64,000 nt of DNA from the human T2T-CHM13v2.0 reference genome, Homo sapiens, in NCBI RefSeq assembly GCF_009914755.1, contig NC_060931.1, one strand, 5' to 3'. The position numbers were made by a program, and so were the translations under genes. This document shows positions 47,742 to 64,000 of the stretch, in pieces. How positions within the stretch are numbered: the stretch's first letter is position 1; each line of letters starts with the position of its first letter. Below the pieces are notes generated by a model. That model saw nothing but the letters and a program-made list of their open reading frames with translations. It was not told where the DNA came from and ran no database searches.

Positions 47742-48584
47742 CTATGGAACAAAAGAAATATTTGAAGTTCAAAATAATTCTGAGATTTCTAGCCATGGCT
47801 GCACTCAGTGTTTGAGTTCATATGAGAAGCAGAGCCAGAGGTATAAAAACAAAAAATAATCTTTAACCAGGAGGAAGATAGCAGTCTTTGAAGAACTCAG
47901 TAGAATGTGATTTGGGTGAAGACAGGAGATATCACGAAATTCTTGATTTCTTGTGATTACTCTGAATTGCTTGCTGTTTGGTAAGAAAAGATGAAAGACC
48001 CATCTATTTAGCCTAAAAATGAGAAATGCTCACTCATTCCTGTGCCTATTTCCAATGCTCTGACTGCAGAGCTTAAAAACAAACCACAGGTAGAAACTCT
48101 GTACTCTTACTTGGGCTATAAGGTCCCTTTTCTGTTTTCTTAACTCCTCACCCTTTTCACCTCATGATACACATACAATGATAAAATGTGGATACAATGC
48201 TGGGTTTGGGTTGATCCAGGCCCTGTTGGCTAAAGGGCTGCAGGGATCTGTACCCTGGCACATAATGCATAGGCTGCTGCACACCAGGTAGAAAACTTTT
48301 TCTGAATACACAGGGAGGTAAGTCACAAAAATGCACAGAAATATAAGCATTAAAATAAAAATCTCTCCCCTAAACTGACTTTAGAATAATTTCTAAATTT
48401 GAAACAACAAAAAAAATTGAACACTAGAATAAGATTTCTCTCCCACACTGACTTTAAAATACTGTGAGTTTTAAGCAATGAAACACACTTTGGCCCTTCC
48501 AAAAGCTTTACAAGACTAGTTTGGGAGACTTCTGCTTCCAGAAAGATGGGGTAGATGTACTTAGCTACTCCTCCAGCTAAGAAA

Positions 48585-51970
<3,386 letters not shown>

Positions 51971-53683
51971 AAGCCAGTTTAAAAATCTCAGGATATAAAA
52001 GGACATATGTATTTAATATGTATTGTAAAAAGCAGATATACTTTTATCTCAATATCAAAAAAATGAAATTAATCTTAGGCACCATTATTGAGTCAAATTT
52101 TGGTTATGAATTGAGAAATTAAAGAGGAAGAAGGGAGCTGTCCTTCACAAATCCCAGTTTAATTTCCAGGAGGAAAAAAAAAAAACAAACTATGAAGGCA
52201 TAGACAAATCTATATATCTGAAATAAACCTCAGCTCTTAAAGTTTTAATTATAAGAAAGTATACAGATTCCAAAAGAAATTCCTTCCTTTATAGTAGTCT
52301 GTAAAATAATATCTAGACTCCTCAGAAAAAATACAGCATTTTAAATCTAGGTGCTTACCTCACAGAATCACTTACTTCAGAAGGGTGGATCACAGTTGCA
52401 ATTAGGGGTTAGATGGGTAGAGATGAAAGAGCTGAGGGTTTTTGTGGCAGAAGAAACAAGGCTTGGGGGAAATACAGGAACAGTACGGCCTAAGAAACAG
52501 TACACCAGACTTGGCACCAGATCTCCAATATTGACTTCCTCATCCTGTATATAATCCTAGTTCTCTCTCCTTTATTGAACTCCGAATAAATCACAAAATC
52601 CCCGTGCCACAATTTCCTCTTCTAAGACAGAGATAATATTTTCACCTGCCCATCAAGTGGGATATTTGCAAGGATAAATATCTGTACGGCATGGAAATGT
52701 CTGAATGACGGTACCAAGAAATAGCATCTGCAAATGAGGTGAATTTAAAACACTGAATTTAAGTCTATTTTATATGAAGAAACATGCATAATGGAAGATA
52801 ATGATTTTTTGAAGGAGACTGGAGAAAGAGAAACAAAATAAACAAAATGATTTAAACAAAGTCAACATCGTCATTTACTTTTCTCAATTGTCTTGAGGTT
52901 ACTAGTGGGAAATTCGGTATTGCTAAAGGCATACAGTACCCCAATCCACTAGCGAAACCATTTTAATCATGTGAATTTTCCACAGCAGGCTTTAAAAGGT
53001 TGAAAAAAAACAAAAACAAACAACCAAAACCTCACAAGACTGAAAATCCACTAGGGTCTGGGCAGCAGTCTTTATCACAACACTGAAAAATGGGAACAGC
53101 GTGGAAATAAGCAGTTCATTTTACCTGCACTGCAGCACTAATTAAATTCTGACTGGTATTTCAGTTACTCATTCAAGTCTGTCTGCCTCCGCTTGAATCT
53201 AAACTCTTTAACTAAAAAAAAAACACAATTCATACTCAGCTTTACATCTCTCATGGTCCATAACTTGCCATATGGTCAGCACTTTGCAAACACTGCATTG
53301 AACAAATATGCATGTGTCTAATCCGTTACTGCCAGTTTAAAGGAATATACTTAAGGTATTCCAAAATAGAGGCTGACCTCCTGATATTTATTTAGCTTCA
53401 GCCCTGAAACTTACTGAACAATGGTTTTGATTTCTGGAATTTCATTTTCTCAGTTTATATTATTTCTTATGTGGTAAGGAATAATAAGCTAAATTATGTA
53501 AATATGAATTTTTACTGATAATCTGAAAAACATCTTTCAAGGATAAATCCTGAGCTGAGAAAGACATCAGGCAAAACAGTGAGAAACTTTTAGCTGTGAT
53601 TTATACCAGATATGTGGGGTTGCTTTCTGTCAATAATTAGCTATTAGATTTTTTTTAATTCTAATTTTCTAATCTTTACTCAC

Positions 53684-53747
53684 CAGTGTCCAGTCTTGAT
53701 TTGATATGCTGGTATCTTGGGTTCTGTGGTATCCTTTTCATCAGATA
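53684..53747 (-). CDS. CEP41: CEP41 exon 2 (YLMKRIPQNPRYQHIKSRLDT)
   Basis: TTTTTTAG| acceptor, G|GTGAGT donor; 64 nt. Exon 1 is not in the window. Confidence 0.96.
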
Positions 53748-53871
53748 CTAAAAAATAAGGAAATTCACAATTAATTGGGTTAATGTAAGGATAACGATAA
53801 GGTAAAGTCAGGAGTCAGATACTTTAAAAATGGAAAAAAAGTGCTAAAATTTCTTAGAAATTAAAGATGGT

Positions 53872-54678
53872 GCCGGGCATGGTGGCTCACGCCTGTAATC
53901 CTAACACTTTAGGAGGCCGAGGTGGGTGGATCACCTAAGGTCAGGAGTTCGAGGTCAGCCTGACCAACATGGTGAAACCCCATCTCTACTAAAAATACAA
54001 AAATTAGCCAGGCATGGTGATGGGCGCCTGTAATCCCAGCTACTCGGGAGGCCGAGGCAAGAGAATCGCTTGATCCCGGGAGGCAGAGGCTCCAGCGAGG
54101 TGAGGTGAGATTATGCCACTGCACTCCAGCCTGGGTGACAGAGAGAGACTCTGACTCAAAAAAAAAAAAAAAAAAAAAAAAAAAGATGGAATGAGCTCCA
54201 GAGGTCCAATTGTCTTTTCAATATAGGATTCTTTTCAACAGCATTTCCATAGCTGAATATATTTATCTTGTTTCTGTCAGAACACTTCCATATTTCATCA
54301 AACTCATCTCAGCACACTACCTGATAAGAAAAAAAAAAAAGCTGCCTAAAAAATTACTTTTTGGCCAGGCTCGGTGGCTCACACCTGTAATCCCAGCACT
54401 TTGGGAGGCCGAGGCAGGCGGATCACAAGGTCAGGAGATAGAGACCATTCTGGCCAACATGGTGAAACCCCTTCTCTACTAAAAATACAAAAATTAGCTG
54501 GGCATGGTGATGCACACCTATACTCTCGCTACTTGGGAGGCTGAGGCAGAAGAATCACTTGACCCCAGGAGGCGGAGGTTGCGGTGAGCGGAGATCGTGC
54601 CACTGCACTCCAGCCTGGGTGACAGAGTGAGACTCTGTCTCAAAAAAAAAAAAAATAAATAAATAAATAAATAAATAA
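53872..54678 (+). mobile_element. Two AluS elements (53872-54184, 54363-54678)
   Basis: Full dimers with A tails. Confidence 0.92.
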
Positions 54679-57049
54679 TTTCTTACATTGAGCCCAAATC
54701 AGTCTTTCCAATTTTCATTCAGTCCACTGTTGCAACCCACTGTAAGTCATCTGCCTCTGCCTCAAGAAATCTGTTAAGATGACCAAAGGCAGTTGTCCTG
54801 ACCCTCTTCCATTTCACTTTCTTTATGATGGTTTCTAGGCCATTTCCTCTGGACACCCCTGAGATTTTATCCATCTCTCCCCTGCAGGGATCCAGCCCTA
54901 AGCACAGTGCTCCAGATGTGGGCAGGCCAGGCCCCAGGTGGGCAGGCTCCCGCTGCTCCCCAGAGTCTGTAGCTCCAGGGATGTCGACCATGGCATCTGC
55001 TCTCGTGGCAGCTGAGGCTCACCTGGGGCTCAGTTCAAGTTTAGGGTCAGCAAAAATGCATATGTCAGGTCTCCTTTGTGCTGCTGTCTGGTAGTTAACT
55101 CTTTGAATCCAAGCATAAGACATTAACCCACATTAAATTAGAGTGGCGATTGTGAAAGCCATTAAGTGAGGAGAAGCTAATGAACAAAGACATTATGAAA
55201 TAGCACTTTTTGCTCAGGCCTTTTTCTGGCCTGCAGGGATGAAAGTCCTTTCTTCAATAACAGGTAGCTGTGGAACATGAAATTACTGCAATGTCTTCCT
55301 GGCTTTATCTTCTGCCACCCTTCCTCATGTTCCCATGTTGAAGTTGCTGGGAATGTCTCCTTAATGCAGCACACTCATTCAGGTTGCCAGTCTTTGCAGA
55401 TGTCTGCCTAGAATGCCTTTCCTTCACTACTCCTTGGGCAAAATGTATGTCCTCTGTAAAGCTGTCCAGTACAGAACTAGGCACTTTCTTCTCCCTGGCT
55501 CCCAGAGTACTCACAGCCCGCTCCATTGTTTAAACCTCAATCTTCTTCCCTAGTCTAGGATTTCCCTGAAGGCAGGGACAATGACTTACTCTGGTTGTAT
55601 TCGCCTAGGACCTAGTGCATGGTAAGTACACTTATTGATATTCAGTCAATAAGTGAATACCGAAAATGAAGATTGTATTACAGCAACTATCTGGTTCCTC
55701 AGAAGAGAACATCGGACTTATAAAAACTGCATCCTTTGCCTTTGAAAACAGTTAACTACAGCATACTCTGTCAGGAAGATTGCTGAATAAACATTTACGT
55801 ATAAAATAAGGGTTTAAATGACCCACAAAGCATACAAACGATATGGGATACTTTAGTGTCTTACAAAATATCTGTTGGCCAGAGTTTTGGATTTCAGGAC
55901 CAGGGAGAATTTTTTAAAACTAGAGGCACCTTTTAATATTGCCAAGGACATAAAAAACAAAACCAAAGCAAAAGCCTCACAACAACTATCTGCTATTTTA
56001 ACATCTAAGGGGAAAAAAAAAATCCCAGAGTGAAAGGGTCAGTCCTTCAGTGTCATTAAAAACCATTCATGACATTGTGATTTTCACTTCACCCCAGGCA
56101 AATCACATCTTTATCACCAACTCTTAGCATCGGTCCTCAGATTGTGTTTGGAACCACTGAGCTATTTTATCCTTAGAAAAAGGTTGGAAAGCTTGTTTCT
56201 CCAAATGATCAGTAACTTGTCTATGAGAAAGTAACTATAATGCCAATTTCAATTCCTTCCCTAGAGAAAGACAGAGCAGATTCTTTAGTAAAAGAAGGAA
56301 AACATACAAAGATTGAAAAGCCAGACTTCAGTATAAATTCTCCAGAGACAGACAATATCATGGCAAAATGAAACAAACAAACAAACAAAAAACAGGGAAA
56401 GTATGTGCCTGGTAAATTGAGTCAAGTAACGCTAATACTACATTGCAGTTATCTTGGGCTAAGGGATTTTTTTTCTGCACTCTGTATTTTTTTTATCGTT
56501 TCTATACTCTATTTCCTGTTTTTACTTTTGTTTTGTTTTTCCCACTAGTTTCCTAGCAAAGCTTCTTTTAAAAATTCCAGGCTAGTCTCTGCTGAACCAA
56601 GGGGATTTGTCCATACCTAAGCCAAAATAGCTAAGAAGTGAGGGTGTCTCTGGGGACCAGGTGTGGTGGCAGCAGAATGATGAGGGGAGAGAGTGTGGAC
56701 AGCTGCAGTGGCTGAGCCCTTCCCGCCCCCGGTTTTTCCTTACATAGACTAATGAGAAATCCATATGCTGCAAGAGAAAAAAATGTAGTTTCTTTTCTGT
56801 GTTCCCATTGCAGTCCAATTTCTTGTTCCTGACTTTCTAGTACCAACCGCAATGTAAAACTATTTGTGCTCCACTGCAAGCCGAGCACCATAGATTTTAT
56901 GGGACTGACATACTTTTTTTTATTTAAAATTCTTGCTTTGTGGGGTGACTGCTTTTTGACCTACTGACCAACTGGCTTTCTTTCAATTACATAAACAGGA
57001 TGGAATGGTGCAAAGTGAAGAAGCTGAAAAAAGAAGCTGTTTTCAAGGA

Positions 57050-59230
57050 AGACTGTTCATTCCACAAAGACTTATTGAGCACCAACCATTCATTTGGTGG
57101 ACATTTACTGAGTGCCTACTAGGGGCAAGCCTCTGTGCTGAGGACAGAGAGGTGAGAAACACAGTCTTTGCCATCCAGCTTTCACTGACTGCTGGGAAGA
57201 CAGACAAGTGGATAAACAGACGCCAGGCTGCATGAGGAACAAGGAAAGGGAAGGAGGGGGTGTGACAAAAGCACATCAGATTGGCACCTAATCCAGGTTA
57301 AAAGAGTCAAGAACTGTTTCTTGAAAGGTCACTTCTGAGCTGAATTCTGAGGGTTGAGGAGGTTAGTCAAGCTAAAGGAGTAGTGGGTGAGAGCTACGGG
57401 GTTTCTGGCAAGGGAAAAGCATGGAGAAAGAGTGGAGACTAGAGGGAGTACCAACAGTTTTCAGCAGTCTAACAGTAACTGGCCGGCCTGGAGCATAGCG
57501 GGAAATACGGGGACAAACGATGCTGGAGAGGCAGCAGGGGCAGATCACAAAAAGCCTTGCATACATGTTTAAAAAAACTTGGGTTTCATCCTGTAGATCA
57601 GTGGATCTCGAACAGGTACCATTTTGCTCCTTGTACCCCCAAGACATTTGTCAATGTCTAGAGGCATTTTTGGTTGTCCCAACTGGGTGGTAGGAGGTGC
57701 TACTGGCATCTTAGTGGGTAGAGGGCAGGGGTGCTGCTAAATACCCTACAATTACAGGACAGCCCCACCACAAAGAATTAGCCAGCCCAAACGCCAATAG
57801 TGCCTAGGTTGGTGAAGATGATGAGGGGTCACTGAAGAAGTTTGAAGGAGGAGTGACAAGATTATATTTCTGTCTTAGAAAGGTGACCCTGGCAGCAATA
57901 TTGGAGAATATGAGTCAAGAAAGGAGGCATGAAAATCAGTTGAAAGGCTATCGTGCTAAGAGGATCTGTAGTCTTAAGGAAGTAAGGAAGTGGTAGTAAA
58001 GATGAAGAGGAAGAGACCGTTTCAAGAAATCTTTAAAATGTTAAATCAATATAATTTAAAATTGACTCATGTAGTAACAGGACAGTGATACCATTCTCCA
58101 AAAAAGGGAGTTGAGGAAGCACATATTAAAAACATAATATGGTCAGTTGGAGTGTGCTGAGTATGAGATATCTGTGGGTTGTCTAAAATGGAACTATCGG
58201 CTGGGCACAGTGGCTCACACCCGTAATCCCATTAATTTGGGAGGCCAAAGTGGGAGGATCGCTTGAGCCCAGCAGTTCAAGATCAGCCTGGGCAACACAG
58301 GGAAACTTTGTTTCCACAAAAAAAAAAAAAAAAAAAAAAATTAGCTGGGCATGGTGGCATGTGCCTGTGGTCCCAGCTGCTCGGGAGGCTGGGGTGGGAA
58401 GATCCCTTGAGCCCAGGTCAAGGCTGCAGTGAGCAATGTTCCTGCCATTGCAATCCAGCCTGTGTGACAGAGTGACACTCTCACTAAAAAAAAACCCAAA
58501 AAACGAAATGGAAGTACCTAGTTGGCTACTTGCATCTAGAAATCAGGAGAGAGACCTGGGCTAGAAAAAAACAAGATTTGGGAGTTGTCAGCCTACAGGC
58601 AGCAGAGGAAGCCATGGAAATGAACAAAATCATGCTGAGGAGAGTGCAGACTGAAAAACCCCACCATTTAAGGTCAGGTGGAGGAGAGGCACCTGGGATG
58701 AAACTCAGAAGAGGCCATACAAAAGTGGGTCATGAAAATTAAATCAGGAAGAAGGGAGTGGCCAACAGTGAACAATGCTGTCAAGTCAGAGAACAAGAGG
58801 TCAAGTATAAACAAGTGAACAAGAATGCTGTTCAAGTAAGAGACCAAGAGAAAAGTGAATTTGAATTTAGCACACCAGGACATTGTTGACGGCCCTGGTG
58901 GAAGCAGCTATGGGAAACTGATGCGGCAGATGCAAAAAACAGCAGATCAAGTATATGAGAGGCGAAGGAGGAAAGAGGACAGTAGCTGGATGATCTTTTC
59001 TTTTTCCCTTAAGAGAGTTGCTAAGGAATAATCTTTGTTGCTGTTATTTTGTTTTGAAAAAAAAAAAAAAGGAGAGATTTGAGGATGTATATACAGGCTA
59101 ATGGGCAAGATAAGAGAGGTTGAAAATGGTATGGAGAGAGTGGGAGAGGATGAGGTCCAGAGCCCAGACAGCAGGGTCAATTTTGGATCTATTTAAGATA
59201 AAGATATAAGATAGGTAGGTGGTCAGAATG
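57050..59230 (-). mobile_element. Extended L2 fossil interrupted by MER20 and an AluJ-like element (58199-58503, +)
   Basis: CATTTACTGAGTGCCTACT and purine-rich L2 remnants; boundaries approximate. Confidence 0.6.
57599..57812 (+). mobile_element. MER20-like hAT fossil
   Basis: GACATTTGTCAATGTCTAGAGGCATTTTTGGTTGTC...GCTACTGGCATC...CAGGACAGCCCCCACCACAAAGAATTA. Confidence 0.8.
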
Positions 59231-60084
59231 AAGTTCATCTGGAAGAGGCAGGAAGTTGAGAAAGTTCCTGTTTGTGGTATCATTACAGGCTCTTTGAAAA
59301 CAACCAAAAATGTCAAAGACCCTTTGAGGGTTTACATAAAAGAAAATGTCCTCCCTGTCTACCCACCACAGCCCAGCTATTTCAATTCTACGTGACTTCC
59401 AAGACTCAGGGCAAACTTATCTTCTGGGAAGATTCCTCTGAAGGCCTTAGTCAAATGGAAATCTCTTCCTTGACTGAATATTCACAGTTCTTTGTACCAT
59501 TCACACGTCTTACTCCTGCACTTGGGACAGGGGCTCTATCTTGTAGATCTCTGTACCTACTACAAGACCCTCTACTAATGAGAGAGCAACAAGTACCTGC
59601 CAAATGAAGACCTGAGCAACATGTAGTGTGCATGCTGGTGCCACGTGGGCAGCACGGACATGGAGGGCTCTAGGGAGGAATGTCAAAAGAGATTGTTCAT
59701 CCACTGGGGGTGATAAGAAAGACTTCATGGAAGAATGGACACTGGAGCTATGTTTTAAGGGTTGATCTTCTGTGGATAAAAAAGATGGGAAGAAGGAATG
59801 GAAAAAGTATTCCAAGTGGAGAAATTTTTAATAGCAAAGCCACTTTAAAAGCAAGTTTAAAGAACAAATTGTTCTATTTGCCGGAGATGATTTAACAACA
59901 ATAAGAAACATGGTAATGCTGCTAACATTTATTGAGTACTTACTATATCATCAGGCACTAAGCATTTTACCTACATTATCTCATTCCCCACAACCACTGT
60001 AACCAATATTACATATGCTATGTGAATTACATCTCAAAAAAGCTCTTACAGAAAAAAAATGTAAAAAGTAAATATATTTTTTTA

Positions 60085-62420
60085 AAAATTGCTTTTTGCT
60101 CTACAAAAGACCCTGTTAAGAAGATGAAAAGATAAGCTACAGACTGGGAGGAAATATTTGCAAAGCACATATCTGACAAAGGACTACTATCTCAAATATA
60201 TAAAGAGCTCTCAAAACTCAAAAGTAAAACTATTCATTGCATCAGTGTTTGTAACTGCAGGTAGTCAAAAACAACCTAAATGACCATGGGGAAACTGATA
60301 GGTAAAATGTGCTCTAGTCACATGCTAGATTACTATACAATAGGTAAAGTAATAAACTGGACATATTTATCAACATAGATGGATCTGAAGCATAATTTGC
60401 ATGATAAAAGCAAATCGTATACAAATAGCATAACACTATTTTTGTAAAATTTTTAAGCTCACAAAATAATGTCTGTTTTATATGAAAAATATGGCTGCTG
60501 AATTAGAAAGATATACATTAAATATATGGGAGCAGATGTCTATAGTCAAAGGAGAAGAGTGGGAATAAAAGCAATAAGAACCAAAATTGGCTATAACTGA
60601 AGTATACAGATAATCAAATCATATCAGTCCATTTGTACAACTGAGGTCTTACAGAACTAGCAAAACAAAAAAACAAATAAACAAAACTGTGATACAACCA
60701 CACCAAATACTTAGGTAAGAGTTAAAAGGAAGTCATTACACTGAGGTATATTTTTCTGACATGGAAAGATCTCCAGGATATATTGTTAAGTGAAAAAAAT
60801 CAAGTCAAAGAACTATATATACAATGTTGTAACATTTATGTAAAACAAAACTACAAAATAAAACTCTTATATTTCTCTCCATCCCCCAATCACACACATG
60901 TTCAAATGTACAGAGAAGGTTTGGAAAAGATAACTATGAAAACATAGTACATAGTGATATAAGAAAATGTCCTGAATTATTCATTAAAAGTATAGAATTA
61001 AAAATAAAGGAAACAGAAACTCCAGGAAAAAACAAAAAGCAGTAAGAAAGGAAATGTAATCCTACATTTCCTTGTTTTGCAATAATATTTACAGTCATCA
61101 CCAACAACACAAAAGGAAACAAAAACTCAACAGTTAAGAAAAATAGAAAATAGGCAAAAGACACAAAGAGATATTTTACTGAAGAGGATATATGGATGAC
61201 AGATAAGCACATGAAAAGATGTGCTTGGTATCCATTAAGGAAATGCAACTTAAAACCACAATGAGATGGCACTACACATCTATTATAAACATTAAAATAA
61301 AAAATATTGACAGTGTTGAACGTTGCCAAGAGTATGCAAAAACTGAATCTCTCATACACCCTTGGCAGGAATGTAAAATGGTACAGCCTCTCTGGAAAAG
61401 TTTGGCAGTATCTAATAAAACTAAACATATGTTTACCATACAACCCAGCAATTGTACTCCTGGGCGTTTATCCCAGATAAATGAAAATTAACATCCACAC
61501 AAAGAGTTATACCCAAATGTCATCTTTATTTGTAATAGCCCAAAACTGATGACAACCAAAATGTCCTATACTAGTTGAATGGTTAAAAAACTGCTGTACA
61601 GGCCAGGCACAGTAGCTCACGCTTGTAATCCCAGCACTTTGGGAGGCCGAGGCTGGTGGATCATTAGGTCAGGAGTTCAAGACCAGCCTGGCCAAGATGG
61701 TGAAATGTTGTCTCTACTAAAAATACAAAAAATTGGCCGGGCACAGTGGTAGGAAGCTGTAATCCCAGCTACTCAGGAGGCTGAGGCAGGAGAATCACTT
61801 GAACCCAGGCAGCAGAGGTTGCAGTGAGCTGAGATGGTGCCGCTGCACTCCAGCCTGGGTGATAGAGTGAGACTCCGTCTCAAAAAACAAAACAAAACAA
61901 AACAAAAAAACTGCTGTACATTCATACCACAGAATACTGATCAGGTACCAGAAAGAATGAACTACTGCTACATGCAACAACTTGTATGCGACTCAAGGAC
62001 ATTATCTTGAGTGAAAAAAAAAAAAGCCAATCTCAAAAGGTCACATACTGTATGATTCCATTTATGTAATATTGTCAAAATGACAAAATTATGGAGATGG
62101 TTACCCAGGGTTAGGATGATGAGAGGGAAGAAAGTAGGTGTGACCAGAAGAGTAGCTTGGAGATATTTCTAGTGATGCAATAGTTCTTTATCTTGATTGC
62201 AAATCTACATATATGTAAATCTTGATTAAATCTATACAAGTGATAAAATGGCCTAGAACTATACATACATTGTGCAAATTTCTATTTTCTAGTTTGATAC
62301 TGTACTGTACTCATGTAAAATATAATCATTGGGGAAAATGGGTGAAGGATACATAGGACTTCTTTGTACTTTTTTTTTTTTTTGCAACTTCCTGTGAATC
62401 TATACTTATTTTGAAATAAA
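60085..62420 (+). mobile_element. L1MC-like fragments with an AluS at 61601-61909
   Basis: L1 3' motifs; Alu TSD AAAAAACTGCTGTACA at 61585-61600 and 61905-61920. Confidence 0.75.
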
Positions 62421-62476
62421 ACGTTTTTTAAAAGTACAACAGAGCAAAAAACAGAGCTCTTAAAAATTAAAAACAT

Positions 62477-63535
<1,059 letters not shown>

Positions 63536-64000
63536 ATGTTGATGATTTTCAACCAATAATTCTATACTCAGCCAAACTCACTGGCAAATAAATGTTAAGG
63601 TAGAATAAGAATATTTTTAGACATGCCTAACATTTTAGACATAAATTTTTAAAACTATTTCTTATGAATTCTTTCTTAAGAAACTACTAGAAGTTGTGCT
63701 CTATTCAAACAAGAGAGTAAACTGGGCATCTTTGTCTCGGGCACAAACATAACCACACGGAACATACTTGCTCCTCTTCCCCCACACTCCTAAAACTATT
63801 CCTCCTTTTCGTTCTCCCATATTCTTGATCTCACTCATGGCGCCAGCACCAATGAGTAGTCTAAGCTGAGACTTAAGTCACCCATCACGCATCTCTCAAA
63901 GCTAATCAGGAAGTATTGATGATTTTGCCCCCGTAAATATTTATCCTCGATTCCATCCCTAGTTCAATGGCCTTAGTTTAGATCTCTATCAAAATAGTAA

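Noticed and set aside
53729-53737. U12 donor-like GTATCCTTT on the + strand (also ATATCCTTT near 20573)
   Set aside because: Antisense to CEP41, with no + strand exon or branch-site partner.

Overview
Primate (apparently human) genomic DNA carrying two convergent multi-exon genes. The + strand holds the complete CPA1 gene (pancreatic carboxypeptidase A1). Its 10 coding exons span 6244-13733 and splice to 1260 nt / 419 aa with the catalytic residues intact, under an acinar-type promoter. The - strand holds CEP41 (TSGA14), coding exons 2-11 at 53747-24607, with a ~5 kb 3'UTR ending near 19490; exon 1 lies beyond the window end. The rest is Alu, L1, L2, a THE1 LTR and hAT fossils. Gene identities come from my recognition of the spliced proteins plus exon-phase arithmetic; repeat subfamily names were called by eye. 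I see no convincing wholly new gene system. Best leads: (1) a U12-type minor intron in CEP41 with an immediate in-frame stop and cryptic U2 donors; (2) an intron-2 alternative terminal exon followed by a perfect 3x50-bp repeat that triplicates a poly(A) signal; (3) a candidate poison exon; (4) three apparent local templated-copy scars at 15068, 33018 and 39098.
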